In this document: one piece after another, positions 37,201-52,200 of the stretch
Layout of the letters: each line of letters opens with the position of its first letter
Numbering within the stretch: the first letter of the stretch is position 1
Origin: Mizuhopecten yessoensis
Lineage: Eukaryota
Length of the DNA: 63,999 bases
Direction of reading: 5' to 3'
Assembly (NCBI RefSeq): GCF_002113885.1
Contig: NW_018408856.1
Location: 506,247-570,245 of the forward strand
Position numbers and translations under genes: made by a program
Notes under the pieces: model-generated
Told to the model about the DNA's origin: nothing
What the model saw: the letters and a program-made list of their open reading frames with translations, nothing else
Database searches by the model: none

Positions 37201-40200
37201 TAGGCTTTTACACCACTCGACCCTCAATGTGGGTATGATATTTACACTGCAAAGCATACTTGTATTTTCAAGCTACCTTTAAGTTGGTAACCTAGCTTCA
37301 TAGGTTGGCCTGACTGTTAGCATTCTTTGAAGTCACCCAAATAAAGCAAATACCTGTCTTTAGAGGGAAGTAAAAGTCACCCATATAAAGCAAATACCTG
37401 TCTTTAGACGGAAGTAAAAGTCACCCAAATAAAGCAAATGCCTGTCTTTAGAGGGAAGTAAAAGTCACTCAAATAAAGCAAATACCTGTCTTTAGAGGGA
37501 AGTAAAAGTCACCCAAATAAAGCAAATGCCTGTCTTTAGAGGGAAGTAAAAGTCACCCATATAAAGCAAATACCTGTCTTTAGAGGGAAGTAAATGTCAC
37601 CCAAATAAAGCAAATGCCTGTCTTTAGAGGGAAGTAAAAGTCACCCAAATAAAGCAAATGCCTGTCTTTAGTGGTAAGAAAAACTATGTTCATTACAAGA
37701 ATAAAGAAAATGTGCCTTTTCTGTATAGATTTGACTGTGTGCTAAAACTTTGATAATGCAGGCCACTCATGAGCCAGTTTTCATCAAAAGTGGCAGAATT
37801 GTGAGATACCTGGGTCCCTGAGATAGTTTTGTACCAGAAAAGTCTGATATGTCCCGTAAATCACTGGTCAGATATATAGTGGGACAACTGGATTAGTGGT
37901 ACCGGGAAGTTGGATCAAGTAACGAGGACAGTTGACAACTGGATTAGTGGTACCGGGTAGTTGGCTCAAGTAACAGGGACAGTTAGACAACTGGATTAGT
38001 CGTACCGGGTAGTTGGATCAAGTAACGAGGACAGTTAGACAACTGGATTAGTGGTACCGGGTAGTTGGATCAAGTAACAGGGACAGTTAGACAACTGGAT
38101 TAATGGTACCGGGTAGTTGGATCAAGTAACGGGGACAGTTAGACAACTGGATTAATGGTACCGGGTAGTTGGATCAAGTAATGGGGACAGTTAGACAACT
38201 GGATTAGTGGTACCGGGTAGTTGGATCAAGTAACGGAGACAGTTAGACAACCGGATTAGTGGTTTCGGGTAGTTGGATCAAGTAACGGGGACAGTTAGAC
38301 AACTGGATTGGTGATAGCTGGGTTTGCATTGCATACTGTGTATTTCAGCCATTGTTTAACTTTCGCGTATTTCGCCCTCCATTTATTATGTGGGCAAATT
38401 TATCATTATAGCAATATGCAAACATCAGAAGTATAAACATATCAAACATGATTATCAAAGGTGATCAAAATAAAATCTGATCACCAAGGTGATAGGGTGG
38501 TCGGGTGGCGCAGTGGATAGCGCACTTGCCTTTCAGCAAGGCGGTCGGGGTTCTATTCCTCGATCGGATGTGAAAAGTGGGTTTTCTCCGGGTACTCCAG
38601 TTTTCTCCCACATTAAGACCCCCGCGCGCTAACATCCGGGCCAACAAGAGTGATTAATACAAGTTGAAATAACTTGTTTCATAATTGTTGTAAAATAAAT
38701 AAAGGTTATATTTTAAAGGTGAAGGGTGAAGTTAAAGCTTGGCAATAAAGTCTGACATTTTCCCAGTGTACAGTATTACTGAAAATGTACATCTAACTGC
38801 AATCATTTTGTAGTCCTTTATCTTTAAGAAATATTCAGCCCTAATGGATTATCTACAGAATTATTCCCACAGTTTTAAAAAGAGGCCTTTGGGAGTTTTC
38901 ATTGTCAATTCTAGGAATAAGGTTAACTCATTCACCCCTGAAATTTCATAATGAACTATTCCAACCTTTGAATTGGAAGAGTTCAAATGTGTCTTCAGGG
39001 GTGAATGAGTCAATATCATCTTGCAAATAAGTAATGCCAAACAAAGTTTACTCGACTGATATCACATTGTAATAACAATTATTGTATTTTGAATATTATT
39101 ATTTACTAGTTTTTATTTTGGGGACGTTCGCCCCCCTAACCCCCTCCACCCCCACCCCCTATATATAGACATCTGGCAGCTGCCTGAATTATTGCATTAG
39201 TAATTAGGACAAATACACCCTGTATACAAATTTCACTGGTAACCAAACATAGACAATTTCCCCACATACACAAATGGTACCATGCATACAGATATATACT
39301 AGTGCATATGTATGCTGCGTAGCTCACATAAATGGATCTATATATATACCTGTTAATTGCAGACATCTGATGTCAATATTTTAGGATCGTAAGAATCACA
39401 CCCAGTCTCTACATACATATTTAAATTACCTGGTGAAAAGTTTAGATGGCACTGACCCCTGAAGACCTTAAAATGAAGGTTTACGCGACTGAACTCCAAT
39501 GCACATTTGTATATCGATTCAACAGCTTTACGACAAATTAAACAACAACAAAAAAAACCATAACAAATTAAAAATTAAATGAAAAGAAAACTTTTCTTAC
39601 AATTGTAAATGACTACCTTCAAATGATATACGAAAAAAAAACCAAAAATAAACCAAAAACAAAACTATCTTTAAATTTGAAAATTTGACTTTACATACAT
39701 TAAGCTGATTATATAAACACACCCACATGTAAACCACAAGTATGTGCAGTCTTATATCTTCACCGACACTGGCGGCAAGCTTAAGGAAGGTGTTGATCAC
39801 ATATTTTGTAAATGGTTTTGCTGAACTTCACATTCACTACAATCAATCAATCTGAGGACAAATCAAAATAGGGTCTAACATTTTTTTTTAATTCAAAAAT
39901 TTGAAGTCTACAAATGAGTGTTTATACTTACGTCGGGTTCGGTGGAGGTTCAGGTGTCTGCACAACAAACCCTGGGGGGCGTCTTTTACCTGTTAAAATT
40001 GAAAGATAAGAAAATATTTCACACTGATTTTTAACACAAATATTTACTATCTTAAACAATTAATATAGATCATAAGTATATGCAGAGTTGTTTTTTTGCA
40101 CAATGCTAGTACGTCAACACCTGAACTCATTTACCCCTGAAGACACATTTGAACTCTCCTAATTCAAAGGTTGGAATAGTTCATTATGAAATTTCAGGGG

Positions 40201-43200
40201 TGAAAATAGTCGATACCTGAAATAGATGAAGTATTTCTAGGAAATCTCCATTGTTTTAACTTCAGGCTGTAACTGTGTAATTTATTCCTGAGTCTACTTC
40301 GTCATGATGGGGCTATATCCATATATCACTCTTTTAAACAATTAAATGTACATGTTTACATGGATCTAGAGTATAATTCCAGGAAAACAGGTTTCCTATG
40401 AGGCCCTAACTATATTATATAATACAATAACACAGAGTGGTAGCTGTCAGGAAAACAAATATCTGGAAATTTTTGCAAACAAAAAACGTAAATGATGTTT
40501 GTGTGTATACACAAATAAATAAATGACCAAAAGACCCAGTTTCTTGAGCTTAATTAATAAGCTCATCTTTAAGGGTCTTCATGAGGTAACAGTAATTTTT
40601 GTAGATTTTTTTCAGGCAATACCTGACCATCTCCCCCAGCCCNGGAGTCCAACAGAAAAATGTGCGAGTCCAGGAATATGATCCAAGTCCTATAAATCTC
40701 TGTAATGTAAATGTTGCCTAGACCCGTGTACCTTATGGTCTTAAATCAAGTGTCAGTTCAAACGACATACTGTATTTCTACTTTATACCTTGTACTGTAT
40801 TTCTACTTTATACCTTGTACTGTTTTTCTACTACCTTGTACTGTATTTCTACTTTATACCTTGTACTGTATTTCTACTTTATACCTTGTGCTGTATTTCT
40901 ACTTTATACCTTGTACTGTATATCTACTTTATACCTTGTACTGTATTTTCTCCTTTATACCCTGTTTGCGGCTTATTTTCACAAGGGCTGAGGATTTTCA
41001 AATTATTTTGTTAAGATTTATCCTTCTGCATAAATTTGTCGCCCAGTCGATTTCACTTTCATCAGTTCAACAAATTAAAATATAGAGTATTTATGATCGG
41101 TAATGTACTACAGGAACTAAATCCTGTGGCCAGACCATAAAACTTAACCAAATTGTAGATACCGTAGGTAAACCTCTGTTTATAATATAACTATACCATT
41201 GACAGGTCAGCAAGTGCAAGGGCCCCGCAATATGTGCCAGGCCATAGCCCCTCAGGAACAGTATAACTTATACCTGAAAAAATCTTCTGTAATCCATATT
41301 GCACATCTACATTTCAGTGTATCCCTTTGTCAAATTTCAGAATGATTACCTGGTGTAGTCTTTTGGATTCCAAGATAATCTCTGTGATCGAAAGTGTGGA
41401 CGACAGACAGACAGACAGACAGACAAGACTTTTAGGAAAAAATAATAAAGATGAAATATTCAAATAAACAAAATATTTTAATTAACAATAGTGTTCGGGT
41501 CGTTCAGTGGATAACGCACTTGCCTTTCACCAAGGCGGCTGGGGTTCGATTCCCAAATCGGACATGAAAAGGTGTGGGGTCACCTTCCCAACCATCTGGG
41601 TTTTCTACGGGTATAGTCTGGTGTTCTGAGTGTGAGGATTCCAACCCTGGACTTCAGATTGTTATACTATCACTCTAACCGACTGGTCTACAGAAGTAGT
41701 CTGGCTCAACTAGTACTGTGCTATATATAGTCATATCCAAAATGAAATTAAGGGGAGGTAATTACTGTATACGGAGATCCACTGTACAGGGATCCTTAAA
41801 CATTTATAAGAGACCATTACATAACAAATAGTAAAGGTTTTCCTGGAATCTGAACTTGGCATTGAGAATTTCCACATGAATGGACAAAGAATGCAGAAAA
41901 CCAATGCAGACTTCAATGATATGATTGTTAGCAGATGTTACGCAAGATCTCTACACCATAATAGGATAATAACACCTCCACAATACTTTTGATAAGTAGC
42001 ATGTTGTGTCAGTTATTTCAACGGTTTTTTTTGCTTAACCCTTTCAACCCCATGTAACTTAAGTAGACTCTACCATGCATTGATCTGGATGAATCCATTA
42101 TGGTCTACAGTGGTGAAAGGGTTAAGGATTCCTGTACCCCTGCCAAAAAACCCCCTTTAACACTTTGGAAACTTTTTTCTCTCATGATGACGACTTGAGA
42201 TTTAATAAATCATATCTGAAAAGGACACCCATACCATACCTTCAATTTCTGGATTGATAGGTTTTATACCATAACTCATAATTGTGATGTTGTAGATTGT
42301 GGTATAAAACTTCCTTTTTGAATGAAACTGCACATTAGACCTACTGTATTAATGTACGTAACAAAAGATATTCACTGAAGTTAAAAACCACTTGCCAAGG
42401 CACTTGTGATAAGAAAGTCGACAGGATTTTGTTTGCATCAATCAATTCCTTATTATCCTTATTAAAAAAATCTTCTTTATGATTTTTTTTCATGAAATTT
42501 CTGCAAGGTATGGTTTTCTTTTCAGAAATATTTTTATGGTGAAAATATTTGTTCCATAAAAAAAAAAAAAGATTTAAATTACTCTTTTTTTTGCATGGTA
42601 TTGGGATCCTTAAATGAACAGATTTGATGTTCCAAACATGATCAACTTGTTGTTATTTTAATACTACTAGGTATTTTCTTTTTTGAAGTTTTGTAAAGGG
42701 AGTACTGAATCTGCAAGCTTAAGTCCCTTACAATTTCCGTTTTGTCAGATTTCACAGATTATCACAGAACAAAGATTATAATTCATTCTTGATCATGAAA
42801 TAAGTCCTGAAACTGTTGCATATACATTGGGTCAAGATAATATGCTAACTGCATGATATACAATATAGTTATCAATTACAAGATTGATACAATTATAGAT
42901 TAACAGCAACGTTTTCATAGTGCCACCTCTCTTGAATGTCACTGTAGCTCCCATTCCTGACCATTTTACACTCAGCTTGGGTTAATATAATAATAGTATA
43001 CAACATTTGATATAGCGCCCTATCTAGCTAACATAAGCCATTCTAAAGTGCTTTCCAGTACGTATATATACAATTAATACAATTATGATATACAATTTTT
43101 GAGGAATTCGCAGGAGCTGCCTTATCAGACGCTAACTACTAGTCATATGCCACCTGGCTAATATCTCCCTATGTGTGTATGCCTGCTTGTGTGCTGGAGA

Positions 43201-46200
43201 TGTATTGTATTGGGTTACTTTAGACTTGACGGCATGAGAAAAGTTCCATGTTTTGATGACTTCTGGCATGGAACCCTAGTCACCTGTGTTGAAAGCCAGA
43301 AAGTTGACTAACTTGGGTGGATTTAGCCGAAATCGAAATCAATCTGACCTCTGACCTCTTTTGTATAACCTTCACCTTATGATGAGGGGCATTGCATGTT
43401 TAAAAAGTATTACTATGCATGCGTGACATACAGGCTGATATCTTGTGTTGATAAATATTTATCAGATTTCATGAAAATGTTTTCACAGCTGTTCAGGTGT
43501 GACAACCATAATACAATTGCACAAATGCAACAGACACCCACATGCAGACCATATCACTATAAACATGTCTAGTGCATGTCTAGTTTTCCTGCTAGAGGAA
43601 CAAACTACACTGCAGATGTTCTGTGGGAACTTCCCTACAGAGGCTTCAGGACCTCGACCTGTTGATCGCAACACACGGCTGGTTAAATAGTAGGTTAGGT
43701 GAAATCCCCACAAAAAAACATTTGAGTGATTCAGCACTTTTTGTTATACGGAGGTGAGTTAAAGTACAAAAGGAATCATGATCGGTAGTAAATCTGAAAA
43801 GTTATTTTTAGACAGACTTTTCATTTACAGGGTACGTACCGTGTAGCAAATATGTTATATTTCATTTTAAAAACTTCAAATGGTATAAGAAGTAATATCA
43901 AAGTTATACTATATATACAAACACTGTACGTATTAAACATGTGGCAATGTTTCAAGACCGACTGGTTCCTTTGTCAAGCTTGTATATTTCCAAACTGATA
44001 AATCTTATTGAAGGTGAAAGACAATTTATTTTCTGTAAAGTAATAATATTGTACACTTAGTCAATATATATATATATATGTACCAGGTCCATTGTATTCA
44101 CATATATATTGCCATAACATGGGCATCCAATTACCGTTTTGAGTAAGACAGGCAGATTTGAAAATAGAAATCTAAGAACCCCACCCCTACTTCATAGTAA
44201 ATAATGAACATTATTACTTCTAAAATTAGCACTGTAATATATACTCTGGGCGTCGGCTAGCTGGTATTGCATACCGGTATGCCAATGAAATTCTTAATTG
44301 AGAGTTTTTTTGTTTTTTTTATATAGCCGAATCATTTAATTCTGTGAAACTTATGCAACTATTACACAATTCAATAATCATAACAATATTGGTGAATCAC
44401 ATGAATCTCCAACGCGCAAAACATCTCTCGTTTATAAATAGCCGTGACACATTATCTTCCAGGCGTGTTAATCATGACAATAAGAGTTGGGTCCAAAGGA
44501 TGACTCCCCCTAGCTAGTACTGCTACCCCTGTATCTATATATATAAATGGTAGCCATGTATAGCGCAATCATTGAAGACCCTCTGGATCTGGTATATAAA
44601 TCTTACTACAAACAGCCCCTTATTGAACTTAAGTAGCCATTTCCTGTAGCCTGGCCGGGCAGGGCCAGGTGTAACCACTGTAAAATAACTTCATAATCAC
44701 TCACGTTGTTTGGGTTCCATATTAGAGCCTTGGGTCGAGTGTGACCTGGTTTTTAAACTTTCATGTCCCACTTTTAGGTGTTGATATAAATGATCTGGCA
44801 TCATGGTGGTCTCATCACAGAGAAAAATATCGGACAGATTACTTAATGAAAGTCCTTTTCTACACGTAATTCCAAAATACCAGCACAGCACACAAGTCAA
44901 AGATTTGCAAAGGAATTCCACTGTTTACTACACATCACACAATACAGCATGCCTGGCCTGCCTGGGCTACTAGAAGTCATTACACACAATCACATCCGGA
45001 TGAATCATCCCCGCTGATTGGTTGAAAGCAAATATGTATAATACACAGGCCATGAATCCCATTCATAGAGTGGCGTGACTCAACAGGCTGCCGTAATCTG
45101 ATTGGATACTACAAGTCTGGTTTGTACAGCCCGGGATTCCCCAGTCATACACATGTACATGTGATCTGCGATTATCTGCTACAGGTGATACCCACCGGCA
45201 AACTCTACATAGCTGGTTTCACTGGCTATATATAACTGACACATAGGGGAAGAAGGAAAGAGGAATGTGAAAGAAAGAAGAAGAAAGAAGAAGGGTTGAT
45301 GACTGGGACTGGTTTTTTTTTCACAGAGTGCACTTTCGCTTGTACAGCTTTAGAAAGCATTTAGCTCTGAACTAGGCAGTTCAGGTAATGATTGAAGGAA
45401 AGAGAGAAGAAATGAAAAAAAGATGGGTAGATTCTTTATAAGTCCACCAGTCTAAAGGAAGCCAGCTGGCTCTGAACTCCAAAATGTAGGCACAAGGCAT
45501 GCAGCAGAATTAAAGAAAGAAATATTGAAAAAGGGATGTGAAAGAAAGGAAAGAAGAAGGGGAAAAATGAAGACACTGAGGATTCTCAGTTCTCATATCT
45601 TATAAAAGCCACTAGCTCTGAACTAGGCAGGGCAGATATAATGAACACGTGAAATACTGAAAGAGTAATATGAAAGAAAGAAAGGAGAAAGAAGAAAGGG
45701 ATAGATGAGAATAATGAGGGACAAAAATTCACCAGTTCTGGACAGGCAGGGCCAAGGACGAATGTCAGGAATGGTTAATGGGGAAAAGAAGAGAAAAGGA
45801 AGTGAAACGAGAAGAGAAAAGTACCAAGTAGGAACAATTCTGTTCTGTACAACCATATAGCCCTTCAACAAGTCAATGAAGTCATTTTGGTCCAAGAAGG
45901 AAGAATGAGAGGAATGAAGGAAAGGAGGGAAAGTAAGAAGATTGACAGCAGGTATGGGAGAAAGAAAGAGGAATAAAGAATTCGAAGGAATAATTAGATC
46001 AAGGTATGGGAAGAAGAGACATAGCAGGACGAAGAGATGGAAGGATTGAGAAAGCAGGAAAGATAAAAGGAATGAAGAAAGAAGGAATGAAGGAAACAGG
46101 AAATAGGAAGAAGGAAAATAGGAAACTTCTATACCATTCATCATTGTGTTGAGGATCATAAAAAACATACGATATGTGGTTAAATGGATGGGAAGATATA

Positions 46201-49200
46201 TAGAGGAGGGCATACAGAGACCGTATGATAAGGACTGAACTTTGGAAGGGAGATGGCTATATAGGTACAAAGTAAATGTATGCTTGCACAATGTTGCATA
46301 TACATGTACATACTACAATGTATATTTACAACATATCTAGTACACTCAGGATAACTTGCATTTATTTCTCTTACATTTCATTCATTTTCAAGAAACATCT
46401 CTTCATAAAAGTACTGAAATGAAAAGAATATTGTGTTATATATTGCCTCCTTTTCTTCATCGTGTCATTTAAATTCGGTATATACTGGTAAAAATGTTCT
46501 GTGAAAATAGTTATTATTTCTTCTGAGCAACCATCTTATAACTCCAGCAATTAGTGATTTATAATTAATCTAAAGGTAATTTTCATTGTGTTATACAGAA
46601 ATTATGTCTTGGTACATGTACAATAAAGCTATTTTTGAGAAAACAGTAAAATTATCTGAACAACGAAATTAGAACTCCAGTCGTCACCAAATCATAATTA
46701 ACCCTTTCACCCCTATGCAACTTTAGTAAACTCTACCATGCATTGATCTGGATGAGTCCATTATGGTCTACAGTGGTGAAAGAGTTAACCAAAAGGTGAT
46801 TATATAAACTTCTCATTAGGACTGATCATGTGACGTCTGTTCAGGAAATTGACTTTTGACAAAATATAAATACATGCATGTTTGAGATGATTTTAAGACC
46901 CAGTACTTTTGAGAAACAAACTCATCAAGTGATTAAACTAACAATCTTGTTCAAGTATGAAAACAAGGGAACAAATTCCTGATTTCAATTTCAAAAGTTA
47001 AAGTCTTTAGCATGATGACTGATCTGCCCTATAATTCAGTGATACTGTCAGGACTTCTGCAGCCCCTATAGTTTTCGCTAATTTGCTGATATATATAAAG
47101 TCAACGATGTGGGATCCATTTAATTTTACGAGGAGTTCAAGTCTAGTGACCGTGCCACAATGCAATATGAGGAAGTATGAATTACATGTAATTTACCATC
47201 AATTTCGCGTAACACCAAAATAAACTTTGGCTTTTGGAATCTAAAAGAATATATCAGAATCTTTATAAAATGTGCTATGACCTTTAATATTTCAGGTTAA
47301 TTAAAGGCGATATATTTCTGAAATTGCTCAACATCAAGGGTCAAATGCATACCAAGATTTTTCTTCTTCTTCTTCTTCAAATACAGACCTTACAAATACC
47401 AATTGTTGCCTCACAATTATTTTAGAATTTTCATTTTCATTAAATCAAAAGTACCACACGTTAATTTGTGGTTTAAGCCTAAAAACAATTTAATAAATTT
47501 ATACTGAATTTTGTTGTAATTTAATTCTTTAAAACCCCTTTACTAGTATCAAAAACCTTAATAAACTATGAATTAAAAACATTTCATCGGCATGACAAAA
47601 GCATTAATAAAATTATTTTTTTGAAATGAAACCCGAAACCTGCTGAGCTTTTTACAAAGTAATAATACAGATGAAATAAACAACCAAACAAATTTAATCA
47701 ACAGTGTCCTGGGAATGGAATGAAAATGCAAGGAGGCCAGAATGGGATTCGAACCCTGAACCTCCTCTCACAATAATGAATAAAGTCCCTCTAACCAACT
47801 AGGTATATTGATATATGTAGGGTATAGGCAAGAGTTTCCCGGCTGTTAGTCTATATATATGGTCCCAATGATATATTCAAAACAGAATTAAGGGGACATT
47901 ACTCCTTGCATGAAAACCTACAGTGGAATTCTCTAGTGTTTTGTCTAGTGGGTTGGGGATCCTTAAGTAGACACAATAAAATGTCAGTTTTATATTTTGA
48001 ACAATGGACTTTATCAGATTATTGAACTACGGTACCATCAATATGTAGATAGGATTGCTAGATCTATGTATTTAGTTGTTACCATCCTATTGTTTGGCGT
48101 ACCTGTTTCAAACATCTCTTCTTGGTCATGATCACTGCCCCTAACCTTTATTTTTTGTGAAAATTGAATTTTCCAAAAAAATACATATCAAGTCTAGAAT
48201 TCTACTCTATCCTGAAGATACCATTGAATTGAAGATAGTTAACAGAAAATATCAAACAAATAACCTCCTTGGTCTACTTTTCGAAAGCTATATAATAAGG
48301 AAAAATAATTTTCTTATTTGGCCTATATATAGAAATGGATAAGCTGAAGAATGCCTAGGTGTGATAGCTAGGAGTGGAGTCAAAGCCCTATACTATGTAG
48401 GTCAACCTAAATCAATACTACTATGGACTCTCTATTTATGGTGCAGCTTTACTTACATAAGTACATGTATGCTAGATATCTTATATATAAAAGAAGAAAA
48501 GGCTTTATAAATGCAACTTTGTGAAATCATATAGGGAGGTAGAATTCACAAACTGGAAACAATTTATATTAATTCTTTCACACTGAATAGACATACATGT
48601 ACAAGGTACTTTGTGATTTAAGATACTATTTTCAGAATTCTAGTCCACAGACCGAATGTTTCAAAATCTTATCAGCTGAACTATACATACACTGTTAAAT
48701 AGTAAATACAATAACTTCACACAAACTTTCACACTATCATCAAACCAACACGTGGATAAAATCAATCTATTGCAAGCCGTATAGTATAGTTCATGTACTG
48801 TACAAAACGGCATCATCGGAGTAGCCTTGACTGGATCCGGGTCAACTATGTTCACTTCTGCAAACCAAACCCTCCCTAAACCGACCAAATGTTTCTATCC
48901 CTTGCATATCAGGTTTAGAGAAATTCTATTGTACTTAGAATTGCCACTATATAGTGCTTAAGCCCTGATATAAAGTTTACAAGTCCTTGACATTGGGCTA
49001 GTTGATTTGTGCACCCGTGATATGCATGTTGAATTCTTTTAACAAATTCTGCCACATTCACCCTAGCCTTCCTTATTCTGGTAAAAGAATTCCAGAAAAG
49101 TACATGCAAAATTATTTTTATAATTAACCTTTTATTTATCACACAGATTAAATGCAGCAGCTGGTTGCAGGGTTTGACAAAAATACAGACCACCAATTTT

Positions 49201-52200
49201 CTGAACGGTTATATTAGAGGGATGTGTATTGTATTGAGCACAAGAAGTCACCTGTCGATACACAATGCTATTAATACATGAGCTATATACACAGCTTATG
49301 CGATGCATTCCAATGTTGGAAAGTTCACTTCTATCAAGGTCACGCACGATTGCATTCCAATCCCTGTCAATACAACAGACCTCTATATTTGAAGCCTGCC
49401 TCATTAGATACAATCTGCAATGTACACTTTTTCTAAGACTTGATCTCTGAGAAGAAATAACGGAAAAACTGGCTGAGACTGATAGTGTAATTGCAACATT
49501 TTGCATCCACTTTCTATATATATTGCTTTGCATGATGAAAAATCTCAATTATTTCTTTGAACGACACCACCAGGTTCTTTTATTACTAAAAAAAAAATGT
49601 ACTACTTGTAAACAAAACAAATTATAATTTTAAGATTGTCTGCATATTGTCATAACCAGACACACTTTATCACAGCCTAATGCTTTAATGTATTTGAATA
49701 CACAGGGCTACCATGCGTGCTATTCATTGAAAACTTCACATGCATAAAGAGTTTTCACTCAATCTAAAGCGAAGTCATTAATAATCCATGATGCACTTCA
49801 ATGTGTTTTGTACAGAAAGTTCTCGCTAATTAAAATCTGCAATTTTTTAATTGTTTAACATGCATAAACCTGCATCTTCGCCTGACCATATAGACATACA
49901 TAATCGTCTGGTTAATGGGGAGTATGTACAACTGGGTCAGTGGGCCAGACAGCGTACAAGGTGTATATAGGCAATGGGGGAACTTGACTGGGACAGGGCG
50001 ACAAGAAAACATAAGGCACACACACATAGCATTTATCTCGCGATGACATACGGCTATATATATATATAATAAATGTATTGCTATATATAAATCGCCGGAA
50101 ACTAAATTATTTAAATGACATTAATCAATTTGCCAAAGAAGCTTCAAAGTTTAAAGATTATTCAAATTAATTTTACTTGCAGATATCTAGATACCACAAT
50201 GCAACCTTTTGATGTTTTATTGAATTTAAATACATGAAATTAAATTTCCATATATATATATATGTGTGATTACATAATTTGGATAAAATTTCAATAAATA
50301 CTTCACCTGTATCATATATGTTGAATGTTTCTACCCTATTAATTTTGCCATGTAATAGTTAGGCAAATCTTAGCCTATAAGTTAGTTACCACATCCCAGG
50401 AACCTTTCCTTTTGACATACGTATACACAGCCAGTTATTACAGGAGCATTGATGAGCAGTCAGTGGTGACAACACTTCTATCTACAATGCATATATTTTT
50501 CATATTCCATAATTTTAGACAATCGTGTAACAATTTCCAGATCTCCCATTGTACACCGTGTATAACTCCCCCTGGGTCAGTCTCCTGATCTCCCATTGTC
50601 CACACCATGTATAACTCTCCCCCTGTGTCACAGTCTCCTAATCTCCCATTGTACACCATGTATAACTCTCCCCCGGGTCACAGTCTCCTGATCTCCCATT
50701 GTCCACACCATGTATAACCCTCCCCCTGGGTCACAGTCTCCTGATCTCCCATTGTGCACCATGTATTACTCTCCCCCCCCGGGTCACAGTCTCCTGATCA
50801 CCCATTGTACACCATGTATAACTCTCCCCCTGGGTCACAGTCTCCTAATCTCCCATTGTGCACCATGTATTACTCTCCCCCCCCGGGTCACAGTCTCCTG
50901 ATCCCCCATTGTACACCATGTATAACTCTCCCCCGGGTCACAGTCTCCTGATCTCCCATTGTACACCATGTATAACTCTCCCCCTGGGTCACAGTCTCCT
51001 GATCTCCCATTGTGCACCATGTATTACTCTCCCCCCCGGGTCACAGTCTCCTGATCTCCCATTGTGCACCATGTTTTACTCTCCCCCCCGGGTCCCAGTC
51101 TCCTGATCTCTCATTGTACACCATGTATAACTCTCCCCCTGGATCATAGTCTCCTAATCTCCCATTGTGCACCATGTATTACTCTCCCCCCCGGGTCACA
51201 GTCTCCTGATCTCTCATTGTACACCATGTATAACTCTCCCCCTGGGTCATAGTCTCCTAATCTCCCATTGTGCACCATGTATTACTCTCCCCCTGGGTCA
51301 CAGTCTCCTGATCTCCCATTGTATACCATGTATTACTCTCCCCCTGGGTCACAGTCTCCTGATTCCCCATTGTGCACCATGTATTACGCTCCCCCTGGGT
51401 CACAGTCTCCTGATCTCCCATTGTGCTACTGCACCATGTATTACTCTCCCCCTTGGTCACAGTCTCCTAATCTCCCATTGTACACCATGTATTACTCTCC
51501 CCCTCGGTCATAGTCTCCTAATCTCCCATTGTACACCATGTATTACTCTCCACCTGGGTCACAGTCTCCTGATCTCCCATTGTACACCATACCATGTATA
51601 ACTCTCCCATTGTACACCATGGATAACCTCCATTGTACACCATGTATTACTCTCCCCCTCGGTCATAGTCTCCTAATCTCCCATTGTACACCATGTATAA
51701 CTCTCCCCCTGGGTCACAGTCTCCTGATCTCCCATTGTACACACCATGTATAACTCTCCCCCTCGGTCACAGTCTCCTGATCTCCCCTTGTATACCATGT
51801 ATTACTCTCCCCCTGGGTCACAGTCTCCTGATCTCCCATTGTGCACCATGAATTACGCTCCCCCTGGGTCACAGTCTCCTAATCTCCCATTGTGCACCAT
51901 GCATTACTCTCCCCCTGGGTCACAGTGTCCTGATCTCCCATTGTGCACCATGTATTACTCTCCCCCCTTGGGTCACAGTCTCCTGATCTCCCATTTTGCA
52001 CGATGTTTTACTCTCCCCTCCCTGTGTCTGAGTCTCCAAACCTCCCATTGTCCACCATAGTCTCCTGATCTCCCATTGTGCACAATGTATTACTCTCCCC
52101 CTGGGTCACAGTCTCCTGGTCTCCCATTGTACACCATGTGTTACTCTCCCCCTGGGTCACAGTCTCCTTATCTCCTATTGTACACCATGTATAACTCTCC

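Noticed and set aside
45623-46291. 222-aa hydrophobic ORF (F/L/S-rich)
   Set aside because: Product of the pyrimidine-rich strand of a GA low-complexity tract; no domain evidence.
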